Positions 1-9,777 of a stretch of 64,000 nt of DNA are shown piece by piece. The stretch is from a virus (lineage: Duplodnaviria > Heunggongvirae > Uroviricota > Caudoviricetes), in IMG/VR virus record IMGVR_UViG_3300017992_000017, positions 33,418-97,417 of that record. One strand, written 5' to 3'. The translations under genes and the position numbers were made by a program. The notes under the pieces are model-generated. The model had not been told where the DNA came from. It saw only the letters and a program-made list of their open reading frames with translations, and made no database searches. Each line of letters opens with the position of its first letter. Positions within the stretch are counted from its first letter, which is position 1.

Positions 1-825
1 TTCTTCATCCAATGCATGGTGGAGCGATACGGCACCGGTCCGAACGCCATGCCGGGACTCAAACGACCCGTGTTGCTCTGGTGTGATGGGAACGAGTATG
101 ACCGGCGACCCTTCTTTCTTGGGAGTCCGGAAGACCATCTCCGTATGTGGCGTGCTTTCTCCTCGGGAGTACGTGCTGGCAATCCCGATGCGTTGGTGCT
201 GAGTAACGGGATTGCGGACGTACGGGATATCCGGAAGGGACGTTGCACCTCCCACGCGTCCGGGTTCTTTCGTGTGATTCTGGACCATCCGGAGTTGTAC
301 GACGTGTTTTGTCATCATGTCTACAGCTACGTGTTGCGTGATCCTGACCGTATTCGCGAGGACGCCAAGTTCATCCGGCAGGAGATGGCCAAACGCGAGT
401 ACACGAAACCGGTTGCCGTACTGGAGTGTTCTGGCGCTTATCTGGGTGACCTGGTTGCCGGGAAAGATCTTCGTAAGACGCTCCAGAATCCCCAGGACGA
501 CCAACACGCTAAAACATTGAAGTGGTATGACCAGGAGTTGGCGCGTGAGATCGTGGCGATTCACTGTCTCCTGTTTGCCAACGGGGTGTCCAGCGTGATG
601 CACTTCCCTTTTCGCGACATGGTGACCGGACCGTGGCAGGACAGCAGCTATGCCGTGTGTGGTCTCGTCAATCCAGGGGAGCCTCCGGTACGAAAACCCG
701 TGTTCGATGTCTACCGTGACTTTGTGGGGAAGGTTCGTGGGTTCTCATCGGCCAAGCAGGTAAGCGCCCGGTGCGTGGAGTTTGCGTTTGACGACGGCCG
801 AGGTCCTGTGTTTGTGTCGTGGTAA
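1..825 (+). CDS. hypothetical protein; ORF is open to the left window edge so may be 5'-truncated (first in-window Met at 16)
   Basis: 269-aa ORF from track; reading frame has no stop between nt 1 and 16; no recognisable motifs. Confidence 0.35.
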   Translation, partial: FFIQCMVERYGTGPNAMPGLKRPVLLWCDGNEYDRRPFFLGSPEDHLRMWRAFSSGVRAGNPDALVLSNGIADVRDIRKGRCTSHASGFFRVILDHPELYDVFCHHVYSYVLRDPDRIREDAKFIRQEMAKREYTKPVAVLECSGAYLGDLVAGKDLRKTLQNPQDDQHAKTLKWYDQELAREIVAIHCLLFANGVSSVMHFPFRDMVTGPWQDSSYAVCGLVNPGEPPVRKPVFDVYRDFVGKVRGFSSAKQVSARCVEFAFDDGRGPVFVSW

Positions 826-837
826 TGGGAGACCGAA

Positions 838-2124
838 ATGGCGGGTAAAGGCGACCGTACGAGACCCGAAGCAAAACCGGGTTCCTATCGAAGGGGGTGG
901 GAGCGGATCTACGGCAAGAAGAAGTCTGTGAAACGACGAGCGAAGGCAGGGGGCAAGCGTTCCCGACGTAAATCGCCCCGTGCGAAGACGTTTAGTGAGT
1001 TTTTTGCGGGAATCGGATTAGTACGCCTTGGCCTAGAGGAGTCCGGTTGGGAATGTGAATACGCCAACGACAACGACCCGAAAAAGGCGGAGCAGTACCA
1101 AGCTCAATTTGGAGATGAGGAGCATTTCCATTTGGGAGATGTGTGCGACACCGATGCCGTAGCAGCCAGGATGGCGAAAGGCACTTTTCTGGCAACCGCG
1201 TCTTTTCCGTGCATCGACTTGTCGCTTGCCGGTCACTGGCGAGGCTTGAAAGGGGAGCACTCGTCAGCTTTTTTTGGCTTTGCCAATGCAATGGACTTTC
1301 TCGGACGTAGCAGGCCCAAGTTAGTCATGCTTGAAAACGTGACTGGTCTCATTACTTCGCATGGCGGAAAGGACTTTGGCACGATTACTCAGGCTCTTGC
1401 GGAATTTGGCTACTGGCTCGATGCGTTTGTGATTGACGCACGATACTTCGTTCCCCAGAGCCGCCCCCGCATCTTTGTCGTTGGAGTGCATCGCTCGCTA
1501 GACGTTCCGTGGCCCAAGCAGTCAAAGCGATTTCTGCTGTCCGACCCCTGGCTACAGGCAATCGAGGCTGGCGGAGACATTCGCCCGGCCAAGCTGGTTC
1601 GACTAATGGAGAATACCGAACTGGCAACAGGCTGGCTGGCTACTCCGATTGAGACACCGCCGACAAGTCGGCCACCCCTTACAGAGATGATTGACTTGGA
1701 TGATAGACAGGAATGGTGGGACAAGCAGCAAGTCGATAAGCACTACAATATGATGAGCGACCTACACAGGACGCTTGTTGATGGCCTGTTGAAGCAAGAG
1801 GGGGTGCATGTAGGTACGGTCTACCGGCGGAAGCGCTACGGCAAGACGCGAGCGGAAGTCCGCTTTGACGGCATCGCAGGATGCCTACGAACACCGCGAG
1901 GCGGAAGCGCTCGCCAGATTGTGATTGTTGTGGACAATGGCACGCTCAAGTTTCGATGGATGAGCCCGCGTGAATACTCGCGGCTTCAAGGGGCTGGCGA
2001 CTATCCATTAGTCGGCAAACCGAATCAACAGATGTTCGGTTTCGGTGATGCGGTGTGCGTTCCAGTCATCGAGTGGGTAGACAAGCATGTGCTGACACCA
2101 GCTTTTGAACATGCGAACGCTTAG
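838..2124 (+). CDS. dcm: DNA (cytosine-5)-methyltransferase with Lys/Arg-rich N-terminal tail
   Basis: C5-MTase motifs: FSEFFAGIGL (motif I, FxGxG), FPCIDLSLAG (motif IV, PC), ENV (motif VI), QSRPRIFVVG (motif VIII, QxRxR), GDAVCVPV (motif X). Confidence 0.9.
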   Translation: MAGKGDRTRPEAKPGSYRRGWERIYGKKKSVKRRAKAGGKRSRRKSPRAKTFSEFFAGIGLVRLGLEESGWECEYANDNDPKKAEQYQAQFGDEEHFHLGDVCDTDAVAARMAKGTFLATASFPCIDLSLAGHWRGLKGEHSSAFFGFANAMDFLGRSRPKLVMLENVTGLITSHGGKDFGTITQALAEFGYWLDAFVIDARYFVPQSRPRIFVVGVHRSLDVPWPKQSKRFLLSDPWLQAIEAGGDIRPAKLVRLMENTELATGWLATPIETPPTSRPPLTEMIDLDDRQEWWDKQQVDKHYNMMSDLHRTLVDGLLKQEGVHVGTVYRRKRYGKTRAEVRFDGIAGCLRTPRGGSARQIVIVVDNGTLKFRWMSPREYSRLQGAGDYPLVGKPNQQMFGFGDAVCVPVIEWVDKHVLTPAFEHANA

Positions 2125-2126
2125 GT

Positions 2127-2498
2127 ATGGCAGACACGCTCACGCCCGCACAACGAAGCAAGCAAATGGCTCTTGTTCGGGACCGAGACACACAGCCCGA
2201 ACTGGTTGTAAGACGGTTCGTACACAGAAACGGCTACCGCTTCAGACTCCACGTTCGCACGTTGCCCGGTTGTCCTGACTTGGTTCTGCCCCGCCATCGA
2301 AAGATAATCTTTGTTCACGGTTGTTTCTGGCATCAGCACAACTGTAAACGTGGGGGTCGCACGCCAAAATCGAACACCGACTACTGGAAAGGCAAGCTAG
2401 AGCGGAATCGCAAGCGTGACGCAAAACATCGACGGGCACTCAGACAACTCGGCTGGAGGAGGCTGAGGCTGATCGGATGCGAGGTAACTGTAAGATGA
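2127..2498 (+). CDS. vsr: very-short-patch repair endonuclease (Vsr)
   Basis: PELVVRRFVHRNGYRFRLH..LPGCPDLVLPRHRKIIFVHGCFWHQHNC..PKSNTDYWKGKLERNRKRD matches the Vsr family hallmark; directly downstream of dcm as in classical dcm-vsr pairs. Confidence 0.9.
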   Translation: MADTLTPAQRSKQMALVRDRDTQPELVVRRFVHRNGYRFRLHVRTLPGCPDLVLPRHRKIIFVHGCFWHQHNCKRGGRTPKSNTDYWKGKLERNRKRDAKHRRALRQLGWRRLRLIGCEVTVR

Positions 2499-2845
2499 TG
2501 GCAGAGGGCTGTCAGTGCGGCTTGTGCAAGCGGGAACGCGAGATCGAGCGACTGCGGTCTCAACTTGACACCGTAACCCGCCCGGTGCCGAACATGGCGG
2601 ATTACGAGCGGATGCGGGCGAAAGCTGCCTTGTATGACGCGGTCGATTACGCCTGCGAACATCTGCCAGAAGGCACTCACATCGAAATAGGCTTAGAAGG
2701 TGGTGCGGGCTGGCTGGGGTTGCACGGTGAGGGCAATCGACTAGGTGCGGGACCGGTGGACGGTGATGAGTCGCTTGCTGATGGCATCCGGCGGCTGGTT
2801 TCCGAAGCCCGCGAGGCCGCAGAGGAGGACGCGTGTGATGACTGA
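2495..2845 (+). CDS. hypothetical protein
   Basis: ATG overlapping vsr stop (ATGATG); acidic C-terminus; no motif. Confidence 0.35.
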   Translation: MMAEGCQCGLCKREREIERLRSQLDTVTRPVPNMADYERMRAKAALYDAVDYACEHLPEGTHIEIGLEGGAGWLGLHGEGNRLGAGPVDGDESLADGIRRLVSEAREAAEEDACDD

Positions 2846-3071
2846 CCAGGAACCACACGTGAAGATCGAAAAGCCGCACTTGGCCGAGTGTGCTTCTAAG
2901 ATCGTCGAGCAACTTATGTATCTCGACGACGAAGAAGTCAAGCTCATCCTGGACTTTGTGCTGAGGGTGCTAGACACACAGTTATACGTCGGCAACGTAC
3001 TTCAAGTGAGGAACTGTGTAGCCTACGACATCGAGCTGGACACCGAGGACGTAGTGGGAGATAACGAATGA
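2838..3071 (+). CDS. hypothetical small acidic protein
   Basis: ATG at 2838 preceded by AGAGGAGGA Shine-Dalgarno; start/stop overlap with neighbours. Confidence 0.4.
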   Translation: MTDQEPHVKIEKPHLAECASKIVEQLMYLDDEEVKLILDFVLRVLDTQLYVGNVLQVRNCVAYDIELDTEDVVGDNE

Positions 3072-4102
3072 CCCGTGTTCTCAAGAAACAACTCGTCGAA
3101 TCGCTGTCTCGGTGCCGTGCTGCGATATCGAGTAAGCCAACGGCCGAGATCCTCAAGAACTTCTGTTTTCGGGGTGCGACCGTCTCAGCGTTCGACGGGG
3201 AGTTGGGGGTCGTGACGGGTTGGCCTTTGCTCCAAGACTTCTGCGTCCCGGCAGCTCGTTTCTTCCGGGTCGTGGATGGTCTTGGCGAGGACCCCGATCT
3301 GGAGGTGAAGGACGACAAGCTCTTCATCACGGCCGGAGGCTACAGGACCCAGATCGCCACGTCCTCCAACGCGTCCTACCCGGAACTGATCCCCCAAGAT
3401 CTCAAGCCATTTCTCCCCGAGTCGGCAGAGGGGGTGATGGCTGCTGCGGCTCAGACGATCTTCTCATCCGACCACAAGGGAGAGGAGAAGTTCGCTGGGG
3501 TGGGGTTTCGGGGAAATTACGTCTATTCCACGGACGGGGATCGACTGACGCGTGTCCCGATCTCCCACGAGGTGTCCGAAGAGACGGTCGTGCCGGGGAA
3601 GGCCGTACGACAGATGGCACGGTTTGGAGAGCCGACTGAGTTTTCGATCTCCAAGGGTGCGATGGTGACATTTTTTGTGGAGACCAAGACGGCCGTGATC
3701 GCTCCTCTCCTGGCTCAGCGGTTTCCGTTTCAGCACATCGACGACCTGCTCTTTCGTCGTGTGGCGCCGGAGCTGGGTGTCGAGATACCGGCCGGGTTTC
3801 TGGCTGCGATTACCCGGGTACGTAATCTGGCACCCGGGAGGGAGGGATCGCAGCTGGTCCTGGAGAATACCGAGGCCGGGTTGCGTGTGGCGTCGAGCGT
3901 GTCCGAGGTGGGAGAGTCCGAGGAGATCCTACCCTGGGATTTCAAACCGTCTTTTCGACTGACGATCCGTGCGAACTATCTGGCTGATGCCGTGAAGCGA
4001 TCGGACCGGATGAACTTCTCGGACGTGATTTCGGGGAAGGGAACGATGCTACGGTTTGAGGGTGAGGATGGTTTTCGGCATCTCGTGGCACTCATGGCAT
4101 AG
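3068..4102 (+). CDS. putative DNA polymerase sliding clamp (beta-subunit-like)
   Basis: 344 aa; N-terminal pattern KKQLVESLSR..ISSKPTAEILKNFCF..DGELGVVTG..VPAARFFRVVDGL parallels DnaN domain I (L..L..v...ptlpIL.n....TDlE....vPar.f.di...L); sits immediately upstream of the polymerase. Confidence 0.5.
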   Translation: MTRVLKKQLVESLSRCRAAISSKPTAEILKNFCFRGATVSAFDGELGVVTGWPLLQDFCVPAARFFRVVDGLGEDPDLEVKDDKLFITAGGYRTQIATSSNASYPELIPQDLKPFLPESAEGVMAAAAQTIFSSDHKGEEKFAGVGFRGNYVYSTDGDRLTRVPISHEVSEETVVPGKAVRQMARFGEPTEFSISKGAMVTFFVETKTAVIAPLLAQRFPFQHIDDLLFRRVAPELGVEIPAGFLAAITRVRNLAPGREGSQLVLENTEAGLRVASSVSEVGESEEILPWDFKPSFRLTIRANYLADAVKRSDRMNFSDVISGKGTMLRFEGEDGFRHLVALMA

Positions 4103-4111
4103 GAGATACTG

Positions 4112-6562
4112 TTGCCACAGCTGAGTCTCCTCCACGTAGTCGGGAAAGAAGTCAAGTCGAACATGCGTTGTTCGGCGTGTCCTCTCTGCGAAGATACCCG
4201 GCTCAAAAGCAACAAGATGGACGGTGCCGGATCCTCTGTGCCGACCTACCTGTTTGCCGGGTTTGCGCCGGGTTGGGAGGACGACAAGATAGGTCTTCCC
4301 ATGACCGGGGAGAACGGACGTCTCTTCAAGCAGCTTCTCAAAGAGGCCGGGTATCATCCTGGGGAATACTACATCACCAACTGCTTGAAGTGCTCCACGT
4401 TCGGCCGTGATCCACACAAGCGATGGTGGGACGCGTGCCAGGATTGGATGCGCCAGGAGATCACGAACCTGGCACCCAAGGTCGTCGTGGCCATGGGAGC
4501 CAAGGCACTCGGGATGCTGACCGACCAGAAGGGACTCGGCAAGCTACGTCGGAGAGGACTCCCGTGTGTGATCTCCCCGGGTACGTTGGTATTTCCCGTA
4601 AGACAACCGATGGCGATCAAGCACGCAGAGGGACAGGAGCGTGCGGCATTACGGCAGGAGGTGATCGACGACCTGAAGTGGATCCGGGAGGAAACGCAGG
4701 CAGGTCGAATCTACCGCGCCGGGGATATCGAGACCGACTACCAGCAAGCGAGGACACCTGAAGATGTCGACCGATTCTTCGACGAAATACGGGACGCCAG
4801 TTATATCGCCGTCGATCTTGAGACTACTGCGTTGTTTCCAGATCCAGGTGAGCATGTGGTGGCAGTCGGGTTTTCGACCAGAGCAGGGATGGGTCGTGCA
4901 ATACCGCTCTATGCCAAAGGACTCACCACCCCCACCTACTGGCCAGACGGGTACGTAGAGGAGCTCGTCCTACGGTTTCGGGAGCTCTTTAAGACCAAGC
5001 ACGTCTTTGGCCACAACTTCCTCTCGTTCGATCAGAAGTTCGTCAGACACGAGTTCGGAGTCGACCGGTGCAAGATCGACTTCGACACGATGCTTGCACA
5101 TTACATCCTCAACGAAGAGCCGGGTACGCATGGGTTGGAGAAGGTGGCGCTACTGTTCACGACTATGCCACCGTGGAAAGAGGATGTGGTCAGCATTATC
5201 GACGACACGGACCGGCTGTCACAATATCTCTGCCGGGATGTGGATGCGACGTGGAGGATACGGGAGGCGATCGAACCGCAGCTAACCCCACAGTGGCGTT
5301 GGTTGTTAGACGAGCTCCTAATCCCCGTGTCCTACGAGTTGTGCGATACAGAGTGGCGTGGTGTGTCCGTATCCAGGGAGAAGCTTCAGGAGCTGGACGG
5401 ATACCTGACGCGGCGGATCCAGGAGGAGGAGACCAGTCTACGAGCGTCCGATGCGGTCCGTCGTATGGAGCTGGCCGACAATCTGGAATTTAACCCGGCC
5501 AGTCCCGATCAACTCCGGAGACTAATGAAGGACTTTCTCCGATTACCCACGGTCAAGAAGACCAAGACCGGACTCTACTCGACCGACGCGGAGGTTCTCT
5601 CGGCGCATAAGGACACGGCTGAGATAAGGCACATCCAGCAGCTACGTGGCCTGACGAAGCTACATGGGACTTACTGTACGGGACTGGAGGAGAAGATCCG
5701 GAGTGACGGCCGGGTTCACACCTCGTATCTCATCCATCGTACCGTAACTGGACGATTGGCATCCCGAGATCCGAACCTGCAGAACATCCCGAGACCAGAT
5801 ACGGCAGGGAAGGTCTTGGAGGACGGTGCTGCGATCAAAAACGTCTTCTCGGCATCTTCTGGTTGCGTGCTTATGGAGGCCGACTACAGCCAGATCGAGC
5901 TCCGGGTCCTAGCTTGCCTGTCCCACGACCCAAACATGCTGGAGACGTACCGGGTCGGGGGTGACATTCATACAGCCACAGCAGCTGTCGTCAATGGGAT
6001 CCCGGACGACCAGGTTACCAAGGCCATGCGATCCAATGCCAAGACGATCAACTTTGGTGTGGCGTATGGGATGAGTGAGGAGACGTTGATCCACCGTTTC
6101 CAGGAGGCCGGATCCACAGAGCAGGAAGCGAACCATTTTCTGCGGATGCATAAGGAGAGCTTCCCCCTCGTCTGGAAGTTCATGGATGACCAGGAGCGGA
6201 TCGTCAGGCGCCAACGATACCAGGACAATCCATTTGGAAGACGTCGTCGGTACAGTGAGATCGATGCGAGAGCTACCAGGCAGGCGTACAACTACCTGAT
6301 TCAAAGCACAGCCTCCGACGTGACGCTCCTGGCTCTGGTGAGGTGTTGTCGAGTACTCCGCGGGTTGGGTATGGGTGCCGAGCTGGTTCTCACGGTGCAC
6401 GATTCTCTAATTTTTGACGTGCCGGAATCAGAGCTGGAAGAGACTGCACACATCGTACGTAAGGTCATGGAGAGCTTTGAGTTTACGTGGCTCACCGTTC
6501 CCCTGGTTGCGGACGTTGAGGTGGGACAAACCTGGGGAAATCTGAAAAAATTCCAAGTTTAG
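4112..6562 (+). CDS. polA: family-A DNA polymerase with N-terminal UDG-family-4-like domain and 3'-5' exonuclease domain (alternative start at Met 4163)
   Basis: UDG4-like: CSACPLC..FAGFAPGWEDDKIG..GENGRLFKQLL..YITNCLKCSTFGRDP; exo motifs YIAVDLETT (Exo I), FGHNFLSFD (Exo II), YLCRDVDATW (Exo III); pol motifs TGRLASRDPNLQNIP, DYSQIELRVLA (A), RSNAKTINFGVAYGMS (B), VHDS (C). Confidence 0.9.
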   Translation: MPQLSLLHVVGKEVKSNMRCSACPLCEDTRLKSNKMDGAGSSVPTYLFAGFAPGWEDDKIGLPMTGENGRLFKQLLKEAGYHPGEYYITNCLKCSTFGRDPHKRWWDACQDWMRQEITNLAPKVVVAMGAKALGMLTDQKGLGKLRRRGLPCVISPGTLVFPVRQPMAIKHAEGQERAALRQEVIDDLKWIREETQAGRIYRAGDIETDYQQARTPEDVDRFFDEIRDASYIAVDLETTALFPDPGEHVVAVGFSTRAGMGRAIPLYAKGLTTPTYWPDGYVEELVLRFRELFKTKHVFGHNFLSFDQKFVRHEFGVDRCKIDFDTMLAHYILNEEPGTHGLEKVALLFTTMPPWKEDVVSIIDDTDRLSQYLCRDVDATWRIREAIEPQLTPQWRWLLDELLIPVSYELCDTEWRGVSVSREKLQELDGYLTRRIQEEETSLRASDAVRRMELADNLEFNPASPDQLRRLMKDFLRLPTVKKTKTGLYSTDAEVLSAHKDTAEIRHIQQLRGLTKLHGTYCTGLEEKIRSDGRVHTSYLIHRTVTGRLASRDPNLQNIPRPDTAGKVLEDGAAIKNVFSASSGCVLMEADYSQIELRVLACLSHDPNMLETYRVGGDIHTATAAVVNGIPDDQVTKAMRSNAKTINFGVAYGMSEETLIHRFQEAGSTEQEANHFLRMHKESFPLVWKFMDDQERIVRRQRYQDNPFGRRRRYSEIDARATRQAYNYLIQSTASDVTLLALVRCCRVLRGLGMGAELVLTVHDSLIFDVPESELEETAHIVRKVMESFEFTWLTVPLVADVEVGQTWGNLKKFQV

Positions 6563-6571
6563 GAACGGAAA

Positions 6572-6856
6572 ATGGAAACTTCGGCATATATTATACCTGG
6601 AGGGGATAGCTGGTATAGTTTGCAGGAGGTTATCAAGCTGTGGGACGATGGCTGTGTCAACGCTGCGAGACAGAAGTGGTCGTGTCTGGCAGAGGAGTTT
6701 CGCCTGGCCGTGCTCAAGTTCGCCGTAGCTATTCTGCAAGATCCCGAGAGTGTAGCCAGTTGTCCTCACGTTCACATGGAGTCACTGTGGGGGGAGTTTG
6801 ATCTATCACCTGACCGGCTGAACGCGTTGGGTCGTGTCGTGCCGGAGCTTAACTGA
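6572..6856 (+). CDS. hypothetical protein
   Basis: 94-aa ORF between pol and next gene; compact spacing. Confidence 0.35.
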   Translation: METSAYIIPGGDSWYSLQEVIKLWDDGCVNAARQKWSCLAEEFRLAVLKFAVAILQDPESVASCPHVHMESLWGEFDLSPDRLNALGRVVPELN

Positions 6857-6867
6857 GAGGGTAAGAG

Positions 6868-7407
6868 ATGGGAAAGTCGTTGAGAGAACGCTACGCACTA
6901 CTGATTCAAGACGAGGAAGAGTTCGTCAAGGCTGCGAGAGAGGCCACGGAGATCGACACGGACAATCTGATCGACTCCTTGGCTGCACATGCGTCGGAGT
7001 GTGTGGTCTGGGGGTTGATGGCGGCGTGGTCCGAGTTTGATTACGAATCCCAGAAGAGCCTGTTGGAGCGGCTCAAGATGGACCGGCGATTCGCGCTCCG
7101 AGCACTGCACACCCGGAACAAGGAGAAGTTCACCGAGGCCAAGCTGGACGAAGAGGTGGTGCTGACGGAAGACTACCAGACGGCCTTGGGTACGACGACG
7201 ATGCTGCTGTCGATCTACCACGCGTTCAAGGCTGTCGAGAAGGCGCTCGCGTCCAAGACCAAGATGCTTGAGGCAGCAAGCTTCCGACAGGGACGTGAGC
7301 TTGGGATGTATTCTGAGGATCAGGAGACTGTACAAGCCAGGAGGCAGGTGCAGGAGGCCGAGATGGATGCTTTGCGATCGCAGGCGGAGGCGGCTCTACG
7401 GGGTTGA
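6868..7407 (+). CDS. hypothetical protein (helical, acidic; possibly replication/recombination accessory)
   Basis: 179-aa ORF preceded by GGTAAGAGATGG; within replication module. Confidence 0.4.
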   Translation: MGKSLRERYALLIQDEEEFVKAAREATEIDTDNLIDSLAAHASECVVWGLMAAWSEFDYESQKSLLERLKMDRRFALRALHTRNKEKFTEAKLDEEVVLTEDYQTALGTTTMLLSIYHAFKAVEKALASKTKMLEAASFRQGRELGMYSEDQETVQARRQVQEAEMDALRSQAEAALRG

Positions 7408-7459
7408 AGTTCGGGGAATGCCCCAAACATAATCGAAGGCTAGTTTAGTGAGGTACGTG

Positions 7460-8659
7460 ATGAGTGATTCGTTGGCTGAGTATGCCAAGAAGCGTGGTGA
7501 GGAGCTGGACAAGGAACAGGGGGAATTTGCCAAGGCGACCTTCTGGAAGCCAAAGGAGGGACGCAACCTGATTCGTATTCTTCCGGCTGCGGGTGAGGGG
7601 AAGTTTCCGTTCGTCGAGTTCATGCAGTCCTTCAAGGTCGGTCCCAACCAGAAGGCCGTCGTTCCTCGGGGGGCCAACGGACTGGAGGACTGTCCTCTCG
7701 CCAGGAAGATTGCGGAGCTGGAGGAGAAGGGGGACGAGATCTCCCTCAAGGAAGCCGCGAGGATTCGTCCCAAGAAGCGTGCGTCCTTTGCGATCATTGA
7801 CAGGGACGATGAGGCTGCTGGGGTGCAGATCTGGTCGTGTTCAAGCACGGCGTTTCGTGGGTTTCTCACCCTCGCGGCCGACCCGTCCTACCGGGGTCTT
7901 ACGGATGTGCATCCCAACCCCGACGATCACGGCCGAACCGGGGGTAGGAATCTGATCGTCAACTACACTCCCGGGAGCAAGACGGTGAACGGTTTTGCCG
8001 TCACCACGGTCACGGGTGAGGGAGCAACGACTCCGTTGGGAAGCGAGGAGCAGATTGCCGAGTGGACGGCCAAGGATTGGCTTGCCGAGTATCGTATCGG
8101 TGAGCCATACGAGGCAGGAGCCATTGCTGCGATTCTGGCAGGTACTGAAGAGCAGTACTGGGCCGAAAAGAAGGCTGCCAGGGAGGCAGCACGCGCGCCA
8201 GCATCCAGCGAGCCACCCACTTCGGCAGCTCCTCCGGCTTCCATGGCTCCTCCCGCGTCGATGACACCACCGGCTCCTATGACTCCTCCGGGAGCACCTA
8301 CGGTCTCGCTCCCGGAAGGTTACCAGGAGGTCACGGCGATCTGGTTGCTCGACGGGAATCAACCGCGTGCATCCACTGCCGGTGAGGTCTGCTCGCTGGT
8401 GGCTGCCGGGGAGGACCCCACGGTGCAGACCCGGGATCAGTCGTCGGGTTGGGTGAAGGCGTCCGCACTTGGATTCGTTGCTGCGGCTCCGGAAGGTCCT
8501 CCACCCCCTCCGGAATCTGACACACCGCCTCCACCTCCTGCACTTCCGAGTGAGGAGTCGGCGATCAAGGAGCAGTTGGACGCTCTCAAGGCTCAACGTG
8601 AAGTTCAGTCTTCTCGGGTGTCGCAGGATCTCGCGGCCAAGATCCAAGGAGGTGTTTAG
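7460..8659 (+). CDS. putative gp32-like single-stranded DNA-binding protein with Pro-rich low-complexity linkers
   Basis: ATFWKPKEGRNLIRILPAAGEGKFPFVEFMQSFKV resembles T4 gp32 N-terminal segment ([32 protein letters not shown]); PPASMAPPASMTPPAPMTPP and PPPPPESDTPPPPP linkers; directly upstream of recombinase as gp32/UvsX. Confidence 0.5.
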   Translation: MSDSLAEYAKKRGEELDKEQGEFAKATFWKPKEGRNLIRILPAAGEGKFPFVEFMQSFKVGPNQKAVVPRGANGLEDCPLARKIAELEEKGDEISLKEAARIRPKKRASFAIIDRDDEAAGVQIWSCSSTAFRGFLTLAADPSYRGLTDVHPNPDDHGRTGGRNLIVNYTPGSKTVNGFAVTTVTGEGATTPLGSEEQIAEWTAKDWLAEYRIGEPYEAGAIAAILAGTEEQYWAEKKAAREAARAPASSEPPTSAAPPASMAPPASMTPPAPMTPPGAPTVSLPEGYQEVTAIWLLDGNQPRASTAGEVCSLVAAGEDPTVQTRDQSSGWVKASALGFVAAAPEGPPPPPESDTPPPPPALPSEESAIKEQLDALKAQREVQSSRVSQDLAAKIQGGV

Positions 8660-9777
8660 TGGCCGACTTGCGCAAAGAGCTGGACAAGGCTTTCGGCGCC
8701 AAGTTTCGTGGTGCCAAGTTCGACAGTGGTGAAGGACGGTACGTGGAGGTGATCCCAACCGGCCTTGCTCCTGTCGACTCGGCACTCGGGGGTGGTGTCG
8801 GCAAGGGACGGATCTCGGAGTGGTTTGGTAACGAGTCCACCGGCAAGACAATGCTTCTGTTGCAGTTGCTGGCCAATGTGCAGCAGCGTGGTGGACTTGC
8901 TGTGCTTGGTGATACGGAGGGTGCATTCGACTCCTGGATGTTTGAGCAGCTGGATGGGAATCCGGAGACGCTGATCCTGATCCCCGAGGAGCGGTGCGAC
9001 ACGATCGAGGCCATGTTCGACTTCCAGAAATGGTTCCTGGATGAGATGGCCAAACGGAAAGCGGACGGGGATGAGACGGAAGCTGTCCTCGGCTGGGACT
9101 CGACGGCCGGTACAGCGTCACGGCATTTGATGAAGACGGGGATGGACAAGGCCGACATGTCCGTTCCGCGTGCTATGTCTCAAGGAATGAAGCTGGTGCA
9201 GGGACGCGTCAAGCGGACGAACGTGGCACTGGTATACATCAACCAGGTCAGGGAGAAGATGGATTCGCAGGACTCTTCTCTCCATACCCCGGGTGGACGT
9301 GCGGTAAAGTTCCACGCGTCCACCCGGCTCTCCCTCAAGTTTGACGGTGGATCCAGGACGAGCCAGATCAAGGACGCGTGGGGGAAGAGTAAGGACGAGG
9401 CCAAGCATGCTGAGGATATTGGCCGGTGGACAGAGGGACGCGTCGTCAAGAACCGGTTGACCTCTCCTCAGCAGACCTTCCGACTCCCGATCTACACGGT
9501 GAACGATTGGGAGCATCCGGTCTGGGGTACGCCAACCCAAGTCGGAATCGATCCGGTCGAGGCGATCTGGGACTACTACCTCAATGGTCGTTTCTTCGCG
9601 CCGGGGTTTGAGGAGAAGAAGGAGCGGGTCATCAAGCAGTCCGGGTCGTGGTATCAGGTCCATGAGTCGCTGCACCCGGACGGCAAGAAGTTCCACGCCA
9701 AGGACTGGCCACGGATTTTGGAAGAGGTGCCACGGCTACGGACGTTGATCTACGAGGAAGAGGAGGAGACGGAGTGA
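8659..9777 (+). CDS. RecA/UvsX-family recombinase
   Basis: IPTGLAPVDSALGGGVGKGRISEWFGNESTGKTMLLLQL (RecA N-terminal region with Walker A GxxxxGKT), VALVYINQVREKMDS (Walker B region). Confidence 0.85.
   Translation: MADLRKELDKAFGAKFRGAKFDSGEGRYVEVIPTGLAPVDSALGGGVGKGRISEWFGNESTGKTMLLLQLLANVQQRGGLAVLGDTEGAFDSWMFEQLDGNPETLILIPEERCDTIEAMFDFQKWFLDEMAKRKADGDETEAVLGWDSTAGTASRHLMKTGMDKADMSVPRAMSQGMKLVQGRVKRTNVALVYINQVREKMDSQDSSLHTPGGRAVKFHASTRLSLKFDGGSRTSQIKDAWGKSKDEAKHAEDIGRWTEGRVVKNRLTSPQQTFRLPIYTVNDWEHPVWGTPTQVGIDPVEAIWDYYLNGRFFAPGFEEKKERVIKQSGSWYQVHESLHPDGKKFHAKDWPRILEEVPRLRTLIYEEEEETE

Noticed and set aside
7841-9121. 426-aa minus-strand ORF antisense to the SSB and RecA-like genes
   Set aside because: Arg/Ser/Pro/His-rich composition typical of antisense frames of GC-rich coding DNA, and it fully overlaps two strongly supported plus-strand genes
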